Shown here piece by piece: positions 1 through 64,000 of a stretch of DNA of 64,000 bases; the first letter of the stretch is position 1; each line of letters opens with the position of its first letter. Source of the stretch: Veleropilina oligotropha (Eukaryota); NCBI GenBank assembly GCA_048128005.1, contig JBEUKZ010000032.1, positions 186,001 to 250,000 on the forward strand, given 5' to 3'. A program made the translations under genes and the position numbers. A model generated the notes under the pieces. The model searched no databases and had not been told where the DNA came from. It worked only from the letters and a program-made list of their open reading frames with translations.

Positions 1-1870
1 TATCTTAAATGTCAGTCACGATTCCATTTTGATTAATTCCTTGTCCATTTAAAGCCACAATCTCACTGTAACGAGTTTGCTCCAGAGTAGCCGCGATCCG
101 TCCCGGTCTCATCCATCCACGATCGCTCCAGACTTTTTCGAAAATTAGATCAGCAAGAATCTACTTCACTCCAGACCTTGCCACGAATGTTCTCCTGCGA
201 ATGCACAAGACTACTGTCGACTGTTGTAAGAATGCACTCCGTATTAAGACCGAGACTACATATATCTACGACATAGCACAACTCCACTACGTTTCCACCA
301 CGATCTGGCCTTACTGTGCAACATATCACAACGTACTCCAACAACGTTAGAGCCTGCTATAGTTCCTAATACAATAATGTATCAGACTCTAACGGCTGAG
401 CTGAAATTTCTCACCGCAGAATAATCTAAAGGTGAAAATCACGTCCCGTGGCGAAAAATGCTAAAATTCAATAAAGTAACTACAGTTTATCACTTACTTG
501 CATCGATATATGTTCCTTTATATCAAATTTCATCACATGCTGCCCCAATTTTGTTACCTTAACACCGAAAAGCTACTTTGTAACACAAAACGAACGGATT
601 TTAACTTTCACAATGTAAACAGAAGACGGTCGCTATTTTGGGACGTTAGCATTACGTTTTCATTAAATCCACCAATCAAATCATTTAGCCAATTCTTCGT
701 ATAGAGGTCGCGACCGAGGAGGAAAATACCGTCAAAAAGTTTGACGGTTAAACATTGACAAATAATGCTGTTTTATCATACATTATGACAACAAAATCAA
801 TAAAAACTAACAGGTATGTGTATATTCATGCATATTTATACAATTTATGTATTTACTGTTTGTTTCACTATTTTTAATAAGTAATTTGATCCAAAACCGT
901 TCCCGACGGATTTCGTCGGGAACCTGCTTGTCATAAATGGTGCTTGGGAGATATGAGCTAGGGTTGGGAAGGCACGTCAACCCGGTCTCATATGTTATAG
1001 GAGTAATCACAACGGTGACACCACCTCGGTGGTACTATGATTGCTGCAGATATTTCAGATCATGACTAGTTGGGAGCAAAGGCGTGACAGTGAAACTGGG
1101 GCTTTAACAACCTAATAGTATATACCATGGCATATCCATATTAGCACAGGAGGAAAGCCCAGTCGCCATAAAATACCCATCCAGTTATGGACAACTGTGA
1201 CTGGTACAGAACAAAGTGTCCTGTTGCAGGCGAGGATTTGAACCCATTTTTGTTAGATAGAGCATTCATGAGAATAAATAAAGAGCCCAGCTAGGATCTA
1301 ATTGACTCGACTACCGGTGCGGAAAATTTCTGATAGACTTCTTGATGCTGTAGATGTTTCATATCTGATATCTAAATAGCTCGAATGTAGTTTCTCTCGA
1401 TCTGATGTTATTTGATATGCAGACAATAGAACTGTTGATGACTGGTTTATGGGTTCTCTACGGGTGAGTTGGCATCTTGGTCTCGCTTCGATCTGACCGA
1501 CATACATTAGGAATATGCCTTCTATTATTTTAAACGAAGGAATGAACCGACGCTGATCTCGAACCCGGGACCAACTAACAGCTTCGTTTGACAGTCTGAC
1601 ACGCTATGAAAAAACGTAGATGAATATCAAACTTTGGTTGCTGATCCAGTAGGGTATTCAGTCCAAATCAACAGATGAATATGGCTTCTGTAACAATTAT
1701 TTGTTTGTGTCATTTCACCTTGACCGGTTGACATAGATTCCAAGATATCAGTTTTAAGGTTACCATATTAAATTGAACTTTTACAAGCCTAAAAATTGAA
1801 ACATTTGAAATGTACACGGTGATGATTGCAGGCAACTATTTATTTCATGTCTGATCATCTCATTACTTAA

Positions 1871-2489
1871 AGATGCATTGTCCGTAAAGTAGCGAAAAAC
1901 GCTTTTAATTTTAAACCTTAGACCGCAAACGTATTTTTGCCAGTTGGCTCAAGTTAGAAACTTGGCAATTTTTCCAAAAAAATCTACAGACGGTGTCCCT
2001 GAAGCGCCTACGAATTAAAAGTAAAAAATAATAAAACCGGGTCCGGTTTTATTATTTGGGTGACGGACGTTCGTCGAAGGGAATTTCGTGACGTTGGGTA
2101 CTGTCGAAGTTAACTTTGGCTTTGTGGACAATTGAGCTGCAAACTTATTTTACAGTATACTGTCACATCGCATGCAAATTCGATAAATTAATTATTCGTA
2201 TTTGACATAACGTCGCCATGTTTCGATAAAAAGTATACTCGAAAATGGACGAGTCGTCTCATTCGTCGAAGTCCAAATTGCACAAAATGCACGCATCCTT
2301 GGTTATTTTAATGGTGGAAAGATCAAAAGATTTTAGCGACGATCACCGATTTCAGCAGTTATTTTTTAATATAAAACAACAAACAATGTAGATTCTTTCA
2401 CTTTGAATCATCAAAACTTTTTATAACATCTACAAATAGGCAAGTAAGGCATTTGAGAGCATTATGTCATAATTACGGGCAATGTATCT
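1871..2489 (+). mobile_element. Non-autonomous TTAA-flanked DNA transposon (Kolobok-like), copy A
   Basis: ttaa|agatgcattgtccgtaa ... ttacgggcaatgtatct|ttaa: TIRs with AG..CT termini and TTAA TSD. Confidence 0.75.
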
Positions 2490-2621
2490 TTAACAAACAT
2501 TTTGGCTCGATTATCCAAGAAGAAGAGCAAGTTGCTTTTCTAGTATTTGATGATGTAGAATGGGTTCGTACCAATATCAAATCTGTCCTATAAGAGTCAT
2601 AATCTTGGGGACGCTCATTAA

Positions 2622-3231
2622 AGATGTATTGTCCGTAATTATCGCTTATTGCCATACAAAGCCTTACATATTTGTGGATGTTACAAACAGTTTTGATGAT
2701 TCAAATTGGAAGAATGCACATTGTTTGCTGTTATAATAAAAAATCACCGCTGAAATCGTTGCCCGCTGTGAAATAAAGTCCCTTCGACTGCAGCCATTTT
2801 GGTTGAATTCAGATCAACGCGTACATTATTGTTTTGGCCCAATATGTATAGTCGTTCTTTTCGTCGAAACACACAGACGTTACGTCAAATATGAAAAAAA
2901 TATTTATTTTAATTGTATGCGATGTGACATTATCGTAAAATAGTACACCAGTAATAATGTTGCAGCTCAACTTTCCATGATATCCAAGTTATAACTTCGA
3001 CAGTTCCCAACTTGACGAAATTTCCTGTGGGCGAGCTGTAATAAAACCGGACCCAGTTTTATTATTTTTTACCTTTAATTCGTAGGCGCTCCATTGTCTG
3101 ACATTGGACCCGTCTATAATTTTTGGGGGAAAAATTGCAAAGTTTCTAACTTTGGCTAACTGGCAAAAATACATTTGCGGTCGAGGGTTTACAATTAAAA
3201 GCATTTTTCGCTACTTACGGGCAATGCATCA
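2622..3231 (-). mobile_element. Same TTAA-flanked element, copy B, inverted relative to copy A
   Basis: ttaa|agatgtattgtccgtaa ... ttacgggcaatgcatca|ttaa; interior is the diverged reverse complement of copy A. Confidence 0.75.
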
Positions 3232-3511
3232 TTAAATGAGATATTAAGAACCGATCCAAGATGAATCTATCCTCGTCACATGGCAGAGGGTAGCCGAGTG
3301 ATTATGACGTGGTACACAAGTTATGAGGTTCCTTATAATGTAAAGCCGATGTATTAGCTTCCCGCCAAACTATACACAGGTACAGTCCAGATTATACTAG
3401 ACATTGCGGAATTATGCGATTTGCAGAATTTTATAATTTTTATGCTAAAAATTGTTAATTGCTTGTCGGCATCTTAGTTACTTGTCCTTTGTTTGTGTTT
3501 GTATTGACTTT

Positions 3512-3895
3512 AATAATAATAATAATTGACTTTTATATAGCGCATTTTCCAAATTGTTCAAAAGCGCTGTACAATATGTGAAACATGTTAACTAGTTCGG
3601 ATATTTTAATTTAAAGAAATGAGCTTTCAAAAGCGATTTAAAAGAGCATACGGTTTCGGCCTGCCGAATATGCAGTGGTAGAGAGTTCCAGGCTTTTGGT
3701 GCAAAGCATGAAAACGCACGATCTCCATAACGAGCTGTCTTGGACTTTGGTATCTGGAGCAAATCCAGTGTCGATGATCTGAGCTGTCTGGAGGGATGAT
3801 AAGCGTGCAACAGATCACGAATGTAACGAGGAGCAAATCCGCGTAAAGCCTTGTATACGAGCAGTAACACTTTGAAGTGCAGTAACACTTTGAAG
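3512..3895 (-). mobile_element. 5'-truncated L2/CR1-group LINE 3' end
   Basis: ORF FKVLLLVYKAL..APRYI.DLL..Y.PSRQLRS...YGDRAFS..AP..WNSLP..IR....FKSLLK is typical of an L2-type ORF2 C-terminus; 3' stem-loop cagcgc..gcgctatataaa and (ATT)n tail. Confidence 0.85.
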
Positions 3896-4358
3896 ACTTT
3901 GTCTCAGTCCAGTTTGTCATGCCCGAACCGCTCGTTCGTCCTGGGGTCGTGGTGATTGCTAATTGCTATGCGGGCGGGTGGTGGACATCTTGTACCCGCA
4001 AATAAAATTGTTTCTGTCGCATTATATTTCCACTTTACGATACACTAATATTTATTGATTTTATTTTGTTGCTTGATGTTCTACACAATTCTCGTTAAAT
4101 TAGTCCAGTTCATAGTTAGTAAATATGCTTATTATTAATAAGAAATAAATACTCAACAGTGTTTCCCGTGATGCTTTGGCAATCCCAACATGCATCAGTA
4201 CCCGCCAAATAAATATTTTAATTTATATGTTGTAGTTTGTACTATATATATTTCGGGATATTTCTGTAGTTACACAGTCACTATAGGGGCGACTTAGTAA
4301 TTTTCCCATAATTTACAAGGGATCGCAATATTTCGACATTTTTGTGCATAATTTATCA

Positions 4359-4954
4359 TTTTTGGCCCGCCTACTAGACAAGGCTATATTCGTGGACTGG
4401 CGTCCGTCGTCGGCGTCTGCTAATCGCTTTCTGTCACATAGAAGACGAACTGCCTGACCTATGCTTTTCATATTTGGCATACACCTTGTATACCATCAGG
4501 CCTTGCCCAAGTTCAAAGATGGGGTCACTTAGTCGAAGGTCATTACCGTTCTTGACTTGGAAGATCGCTTTCTGTCACATAGAAGACGAACCGCTGGATC
4601 TACGCTTTTCATATTTGGTATACACCTTGCATACCATCAGGCCTTGTTGAAGTTCAAAGATGGGGTCACTGGGTCAAGGTCATATTCGTGTATTTCCGTT
4701 GTTGACTTGGAAGATCGCTTTCTGTCACATAGAAGATGAACCGGTGGACCTACGCTTTTCATATTTGGTATACACCTTGTATACCATTAGGCCTTGCATA
4801 AGTTCAAAGTTGGGTTCAAGGTCATATGAACTATTGTAAAATATATACTTTCTGACAGTTACTAAGAAATTTATATTAGAGTTATTGATTATTTAATCTC
4901 TATGGATGTATTATATACAAAAGGCGGGCCAGTATGAGGAGCATACCTCTAGTT
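4359..4954 (+). mobile_element. Helentron/DINE-like non-autonomous element with ~120-bp internal tandem repeats
   Basis: T-run, subterminal ggcccgcct / aggcgggcc inverted pair, 3' hairpin gaggagcatacctc then tagtt; repeated cgctttctgtcacatagaagacgaa units. Confidence 0.7.
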
Positions 4955-5386
4955 CTGCAATAACATGACAGAATCCTATAAATTTCCAAATACATGTAAA
5001 TGTTAAGTTCAAGCATATTTATTAGTGAACACTTTTGTTTGACTTCGTAAATAATATCCATTTGCACTATATTGGACAATTTCATTAATTTAGGTGCATA
5101 TTGCATAATTTCATTAATTTGGGTGCATATTATTTCATTAATCTGGATGCATAATCTGCTGTTTTATTTTCGCATAATTTGAAGAAAATTAACGCATGAT
5201 TTTGCAGGGTCTGTATACACCTTCAATTCATCGTATTATATGGTATACCGGAGGGCGGAAGTCGACTCTCGTGCATAGATAGGTCGCGTATGTCTGCGGT
5301 AAGGGTGGGGCCTTCCTTGCCCGAGGTATAAACTGGACCAGCCCAGAATAAAACAGAGGTATAAAACTGCCTTCAGTCCTGTTTAA

Positions 5387-6403
5387 AGGAATATTCCAGC
5401 ATAATATTGCATCATACTACTGAAAATTATCATTAATTAGCAACAATTTGGCCATATTGGAGCAACTTTATTTTCTATACAAGAAAAAATAATGCAATTG
5501 TTCTTCAATGCCTGGAAGCTGCCATATTCTCCAAGAAAATGACGTCATCGACACACCAGCGAAGGCTTGCAGAAATGGTATTAAACCGTAATGAATACAT
5601 GCTGGGGCAACGTGGCGAATCTAAGAGAGGAATATTTCACTATTAAACACGAGGGTGAAAAGAGTAAACAAAAGTTACGCCGTGTTAATTTGCGAAAGTA
5701 TTGATGCAGATCGCAACAACGCAGTTCGAGTGTGTAATATGCCACACGTTATTAGTATTTTCTTCCTTTAAAACAGTTTTCTAACATTAAAAGCAAACGA
5801 TAACAATACCTTTATTTAAGCCTACACCCCTAACAATGAAATCGCCCTAAATGAACTACCTAAAGTCGGAAGGCGAGAATAAAACATATGCTTTTACTTG
5901 AGTGCCATGATGTTTTAAAATTCAATGCTGAAAATGTATTACTATACATTTTTATTCCCGCATACCGTATATTTATGGTTCAGTAATTAAAGTTACCGTT
6001 TTGAGTACGGGCTTCTCTCCTGTCTGGCGAACTTGAATGTCAAAGAGCTCCAGCTGGTTCCAATATTATGCAACCATCGGTCGGCCAGTTCCTTTTTTTC
6101 GGAATACTTCCATGGGTTTGTATTTGAAAATAATTTTCAAACCCTGTAACATCTTTTCCTCGATCACTGCTATTGTTGCACCTCAAGCTTGGCATAAAGG
6201 CATGATGCTTTGTAAGCGAAGTTGGTATATATATCGTTGACACGCCACGTTTGGCATAGCAGATGGTGTGTCGATGACGTCAAAATCCCGTAATTTCCCG
6301 CTCTCATTGCGATTATGACACTAAACATGTCAGCTTCCGCGCGATGTGGAGAATGCATTTTAGTTTTAATGAACTTAATGCAGAATTGCACTGGAATATT
6401 CTT
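5387..6403 (-). mobile_element. TTAA-flanked Kolobok-like deletion derivative with a THAP-domain remnant
   Basis: ttaa|aggaatattccag ... ctggaatattctt|ttaa; frameshifted MPLCQA*GCNN...IPKKKELADRWLHNIG at ~6060-6203. Confidence 0.7.
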
Positions 6404-6458
6404 TTAACCCTGGGGGTAATCTGGATAGGGGAGTATTATAAATCTGAGCAGGGGAAGA

Positions 6459-6714
6459 GGAGGAATTATGCTTAATGTCCTGTATGTTTATAACATAGAG
6501 GTTCAAGGCAGGACATGTCCGTGTTATCGCGGGAGGAAACCCCGGTCGCCGGGTAAACCTGCCCTCTTCGGCCAGTCGCGGACAACTGTGCTTCATTACT
6601 TGAACAAATGTGTGCTGCCTCAGCCGGGGGTCGATCCCACTACTGTTCGCGTCAGCGGAAACAAGCCAGTGAATTTAGAGTGGACACTCTACCCACTGCG
6701 CTACCGAAGCGGCC
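6459..6714 (-). mobile_element. tRNA-derived SINE, family 1
   Basis: Head GGCCGCTTCGGTAGCGCAGTGG (A box), B-box-like GGGATCGACCC, internal GGGTTTCCTCCC (V-domain-like), TCC-rich tail; TSD agcaggggaaga (6447-6458 / 6715-6726). Confidence 0.88.
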
Positions 6715-6898
6715 AGCAGGGGAAGATCTTGGCCGGTTGGTTTTCCCTGGATCTCTTCCATCTCAGTAGTGCAGATCATCAATTCGTTTAATGATTCAAT
6801 GTAACTCGATCTTCTCGATTATGGCTGCCAATTTCCAGCACTTCATTCATCCAGCTGGACACTTCAGAACATAGCAAAACAAATTTTACCAGAGATAT

Positions 6899-6904
6899 TT
6901 TATT
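6899..6904 (-). promoter_or_regulatory. Candidate polyadenylation signal AATAAA of the kinase gene
   Basis: AATAAA on minus strand followed ~20 nt downstream by a U/GU-rich tract (aatttgttttgctatgtt); other signals could be used instead. Confidence 0.4.
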
Positions 6905-8094
6905 GTGTACATCCTAAGGTAGGGTGACCCCAACAGATATACATATTCAGCTGTACAAAAGAAGAAAATAACACTAGCCAATGATCTAAACTAAACAATT
7001 AAACAGAAGCTGGACGCAATGCTTCCAATGGTCACATAAATACATCTATAGCAATACCACCTTTGCTACTGACAGATAAACGGAATAAATTAGCAATAAA
7101 ATTTAGCACTACAAAGCAAGGTTTCTATGCATTGTCAGGCATAGCAAAATTAGTTAGTAAATGTACAATTTCATGATACAGTGATACAAAATGAAAGATT
7201 AGTGTAAGTAACCTAAGTAAACAGTTTTCAAATAATAAAACTTTCTTAATTACAACTAAACAGGACTAAAAAGAAAGAGTTGATAGCTAATTAAATAATT
7301 ATTTACATTTGTTTACTACTTCACATACGGCATCTTGAACCACTAAATAATAATTCCAGGTTTATCATTTGTCACAAAAAACTGTCCAAGGAAAAATTGA
7401 ACAAGAATTCCTAAATCTGCACCAGGTTTATGGCCAAAGAAAAGAAATGATGACCAAAGAAAATGTAATATGAAATACGAGACTAAATTCTGAAGTTGAA
7501 AAAATATAAAGGTCGCTTAAAATAAAAATAATCTTGAGTAATCTGACGAAAATATTCCCAATAAAACAGATAGCAAATAACTCTCATCTAAAAGCATTAC
7601 GAAATTATATACATAGATAATTAGAATTGAAATAAATAAATCATTTCCTTAAGAATGACGTTTGACATTCTCTGGGTTACAATATCGACAAGGCTTTGAA
7701 ATTCTTGACGATAAGAAGCCATGGTCAATGAATACATTGCAGAACTAGCACCAATAGGAAAATGTTGAAAGCGTACATGGTTGTATCTGGCCCCTATTCG
7801 ACACGTAAAGAGAGGATCTGCTTTTAAGCTAACACGTAGACTTTGACACAGTAAGATGGACACAACACAATCTAACAGCAAAAAAATAACATAGGTTCAT
7901 TAAAAAACAACAATGTTACTGTACAGTGAGCATGACATACATATACAGGCATGCCTCAAATAAAACGAACACCACCAGCCTTGTTCATCACTGCAAGTAG
8001 CATGCAAGAAAACCTTTCAGTTATCAATGGTTAGTTTTTCCCAATGAATATGCACACTCTAGTGTTAACATTTTTCGAAACTATGAATAGACAA

Positions 8095-8599
8095 TTATAC
8101 TTGACATTATTTTCATTTCGCAAAATTTGAAATTTGTGACATTTCATTGGTCAAGATGACATCACTTGGCGCTTGCCAAATAATCGTATTACAATCGACA
8201 TTATACCATATTATACTGTTCGACATCATTACGCCTCTGCGGTAGATGTGTTTTCAAATGTTTCTTTGAGATTCGGTCATATATATATGAATGTATATTA
8301 CTGAACTAATCCTCAGATTTTCCAATATCCAGGTTATTTTGCAGTTAAAATATTATTATCCCTAAGTTGCGATTTACATGACGTTATTCATTGCTTAGTG
8401 ATTGTGCAGCATTGACAAAGAATTTTTTAAAAACAAAATGAAAATAAATATGTTATCCTGTGACATCTCATTTGATAACTACATTTATCCTCTTCACTAG
8501 GATAATATCCCACTCGACTTCGTCTCATGTTATATTTAAATAGTTCACAGGATAAGCGTATATCTCAAACTCGCCGCCTCAGGATAACGTCAAGTATAA
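8095..8599. mobile_element. MITE-like element in the putative 3' UTR
   Basis: 16-bp TIR ttatacttgacattat / ataacgtcaagtataa with one mismatch. Confidence 0.55.
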
Positions 8600-9020
8600 A
8601 GTCATTGTTCCATGTTACAGGCCAAATCACAGTGCTTTGAGCTCGGTGAAGTGTAACTACCAAACGGCATTGGCAGCTAATGTAAGTCAGAAAATGTGAT
8701 TTACATGATGATACAAGGCTGGTGAAAATATGACAAATAACATTACTAAACTCTGGGTATAAGCGAATATGTAATAAGAACGAAATAAATTAATCAAAAT
8801 GACTACATGAAATAATATAACATAATGATAATGAGCACGAGACCGATTACAGCTGGCAAAACAGGACATTATACGCAAGTGTGGCAAGCAACAGTACACT
8901 CCTGTCCGACAAGTAGCTGCAGAAGAAATGCGTTGCACGAAAAATATACAACCTTATTCTCACAACAAGGATCTTTCTGCACCATCCAAATACAAAACAT
9001 TTCAAAAATCAAATACACCT

Positions 9021-9056
<36 letters not shown>

Positions 9057-10289
9057 CAACGATTCAGAGACAAACATGATTGGTGTCAAAATCAAAATCT
9101 TTCAAATCTTGAAAAATGTCGACTAAATTCAATATCGCGCACAGATCACAAAAAGTCAATGCACACAAACTGACAGTGTGTAGAAACAGAACAACTCTTA
9201 CGGGTTGTTGAAATCTTTCACCATCAAGGTGGTTATGTATTAGTGTAAACTTATGGCAGCTAGATATTAAATAATCCACTGATGGTCGAGGTGTGATATC
9301 ACTATTAGATCGAGGCATAGTGTATTTATTACTTGTTATAAATCCTGTTAGCATATCAGGTAGGAAAAAGAGTGATATCAACGCCATCAAATATCTGATA
9401 TCACATTATACAATAAAGTTGACATTTATATATTCCCAATTCTGAGCGTGCCTTATCTTTCTACCAATATTATAGAGAGTAACTCATATAAAGTACAAAT
9501 CACTTGTGTACTAGTTAATCATAACACTTTCCAATAACGTTTACTATTTAATTAATTAATCTCTTTTCTACAAGTAAAATACTTAAACGTGGCTTCAGTT
9601 TACATGTAAATTATAAACTATGTATAAATACATACGAAATATGTAGATGCACCTAAAATATTTAAAGAAATTTGAAGGCATGATTGATTAATGTATATTA
9701 GTAAATTACAGTTGCACATACAGTATCACATTTTCAATATCGGAATTTAATTTCAACTTCTATATATATCCATTTGCATGATTTCCATTACAAAACAATT
9801 CTAAAAAATTCAATTCATCATCCTTTTGTCTTACTTTAACATTTCAAATTTTACCGAAGCAAAATGCAATTTCATTATTAGCCGATCGAAAAGTAAACTT
9901 TATCTAAGCGAGCAAATGAAATAAATCGAGCCTGATCAATCATTTGATGACACTCCGAGAATGTGATTACTAGGCTTGGAAACAATAATAATATTAATAA
10001 CTCTGTTTCATTCGACAACATTCTTGCAATGGAAATTTGGAACGGACAAAGAACCGTAAACACGATGAACAGCATTGTTGTATAGACATTGTTCCCGACA
10101 GATCCAGGATTTGAGATGGACACCTCCTGCTTTGCAGACAAGGGTCATATCTCGTCGCCATGTTGTACATCTGAAAACCATTGAAAACGTGGTCTTTCTT
10201 CCCCACAGAGATAAGGGGGGTCAATGAACATGCTTATTTATGTGCAAAATGCTGGTCTCGCACTAGTTACTCTATGACCTAATAAGAAG

Positions 10290-10856
10290 TATAGGGGACC
10301 AAATTATTTTCTAATGTATTTTAGGGGACCAAATTATTTTCTCCTTTTTTATTATCTCTTTCATTTTAGGTGACCAAATTATTTTCTCTTTCAGTTCACA
10401 AAATATTTTACAAGCATGATGTTGATGTTCATGAACATAATTTGTGGATCCCATTCATCCTGATATCCATACAAACAACATCAAAGGCATGTGGATGCAT
10501 GCTAAGAGAAAACTCTGTCGACAGTATCGCACGTCAGAAGCAATGTTTACCTCATACCTTGACAAATTTATGTGGCGAAGGAAAACTGGTGACAACAATT
10601 AAGTTTGGCGACATGATCAATTGCATTTCGTCACTTTTATCCAGTGTAGTGCCATATGCCCAATATGCTTTCAGTTGAGAACACATATTAGTTGTTTTTA
10701 CTCATTCAAAATGTTTTAAAACCGTACTTATTGCTTTTACCTTTCAATAAATGTATACTATAAGAACACTAATAAAAGAACTTGAAAATTTTATATGCAA
10801 ATAATTTAATCCCCCGAAAATAAAAATAATTTGGTCCCCTAAAATGCAGGATTGCC
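10290..10856 (+). mobile_element. Merlin (IS1016-like) DNA transposon remnant
   Basis: YKHDVDVHEHN/FVDPIHPDIHTNNIKGMWMHAKRKL...SYLDKFMWRR (10409-10602, one frameshift) matches the Merlin DDE C-terminus; repeated taggggaccaaattatttt on the left, inverted copy at 10822-10840. Confidence 0.8.
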
Positions 10857-11410
10857 GTATAAAGTGTGAAGCTCTGAAACCAATTAGTACATATATATAT
10901 ATATATATTGATTTGGTATGGATTGATGCGTCATGTCCATATGTCCGGCACTGATCAATTATGGACATCTGAGACCGTACTGCCCAGGCGAGGATCCAAA
11001 TCCTGTGAATCAGGCAAGTGAATGCGGCGTCGAGCTGTCAAACACTACGCTACGGGGCGGCTCTACAAATATTATATATGGCTGTAAAATAACGGTATCC
11101 ATCATAATGATATTCTCATGATTCTTCAAGCGCAGATCTCATTTTAACAGTCTTTCTGGAAGAGTAGCAACCAGGCACTATGAAGATTGAAGCTGCAGTC
11201 TTGTATATTATATAGAGCTGCAGTCTTGTATATTATATGTAATATGCCATGTGTTTGCTTGAGAGACAGGTCGATCTTCTGATGATCAATCGGCATGCAG
11301 TCACCGAGATTTAGAAGTCAGACACAATACAATGGGTGGAGTTATCCTCACAACAGGTGCCTATGCAGATCCGTGGAAAATCGATAATCGTCCTAAAGAA
11401 ACATGCATCT

Positions 11411-63300
<51,890 letters not shown>

Positions 63301-64000
63301 TTTGTCATATCTGCCGTTAAACCGCTTCGTGCAAAACTTCGTCAGATGAGTAAATCCTCGAGTGCTTCGATTTCACATGGAGCAGGTTGAGTCCTGTCAA
63401 TTATCAGCACCAAGTGGAGAGTATTAACGTCTAGACAATGCGATTTCTGACCTCCGAGCTCTCTCTATAATTGACCCCGCATCTCCATCTGGGTTCATGC
63501 AACACTAGTGGTCGGTAACACTAATCTGGAATAGATAGATAGGAAATCAACATTAAGACGTGTTAACAAAGATCACAGTAAGACATCACAACTGAGTAAT
63601 AATGAGTTGTATTGGACTTTATTGATGTGATCATATGTCACTCCGATCGTAACTCTCGTGCCTTTTCAGAAATGCAAGTAAATTGATTTACTACTGTGTT
63701 TATGTATACATCACATCATCCCCCTCATGTATTTCTAGACTTATTTTTATCTCCCTTTGACGAAATGTGTGAAATGCAATCCACATCATAATATTACTCG
63801 TTTCCTATCTTGCTTAACTGCTCACATAAGGAGAAAAAGTGTGGCTAAATCCTATAAAACAACAAGAAAACCTGTGCCATTTTATCTCATTTTACAGATC
63901 TATATATATTGTGAAGTACCCATAAATATAAATATCATTTGTATTGTGCCATAAGTAAAAAATGTTAACATACAAGATATTAATAAAATGTGCTGAAAAT

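Noticed and set aside
807..1010. RRERFWIKLL resembling a Penelope GIY-YIG C-terminus, next to a 10-bp hairpin at 899-923
   Set aside because: Motif too short and no other GIY-YIG or RT residues nearby
6375..6791. ORFs overlapping SINE copies (also 37028-37225, 47954-48209)
   Set aside because: Chance frames through a non-coding SINE

Overview
AT-rich, repeat-dense animal genomic DNA, most likely from an invertebrate; no prokaryotic features. One protein-coding gene dominates: a PCTAIRE kinase (CDK16/17/18 family, closest to CDK17) on the minus strand. I assembled it by hand from 15 GT-AG coding exons (63300 down to 11411; 1398 nt, 465 aa plus stop; all splice phases compatible). It has a 31-kb first intron and probably a ~4.5-kb 3' UTR. 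The rest is transposon debris: tRNA-headed SINEs with TSDs, LINE 3' ends, Helitron and Helentron-type (DINE/HINE-like) elements, TTAA (Kolobok-like) and Harbinger-like MITEs, a Merlin transposase remnant, and minisatellites. Most notable: (1) an intronic 39-bp minisatellite built from the exon-11 splice acceptor, giving about ten decoy 3' splice sites; (2) a TA-flanked TIR transposon carrying a HIRAN-like ORF rather than a transposase; (3) several candidate alternative phase-1 first exons in intron 1; (4) two direct Helitron copies bracketing exons 2-3; (5) triply nested Helentron-type elements rich in DR1 motifs. All family assignments come from motif recognition by eye, not database searches.
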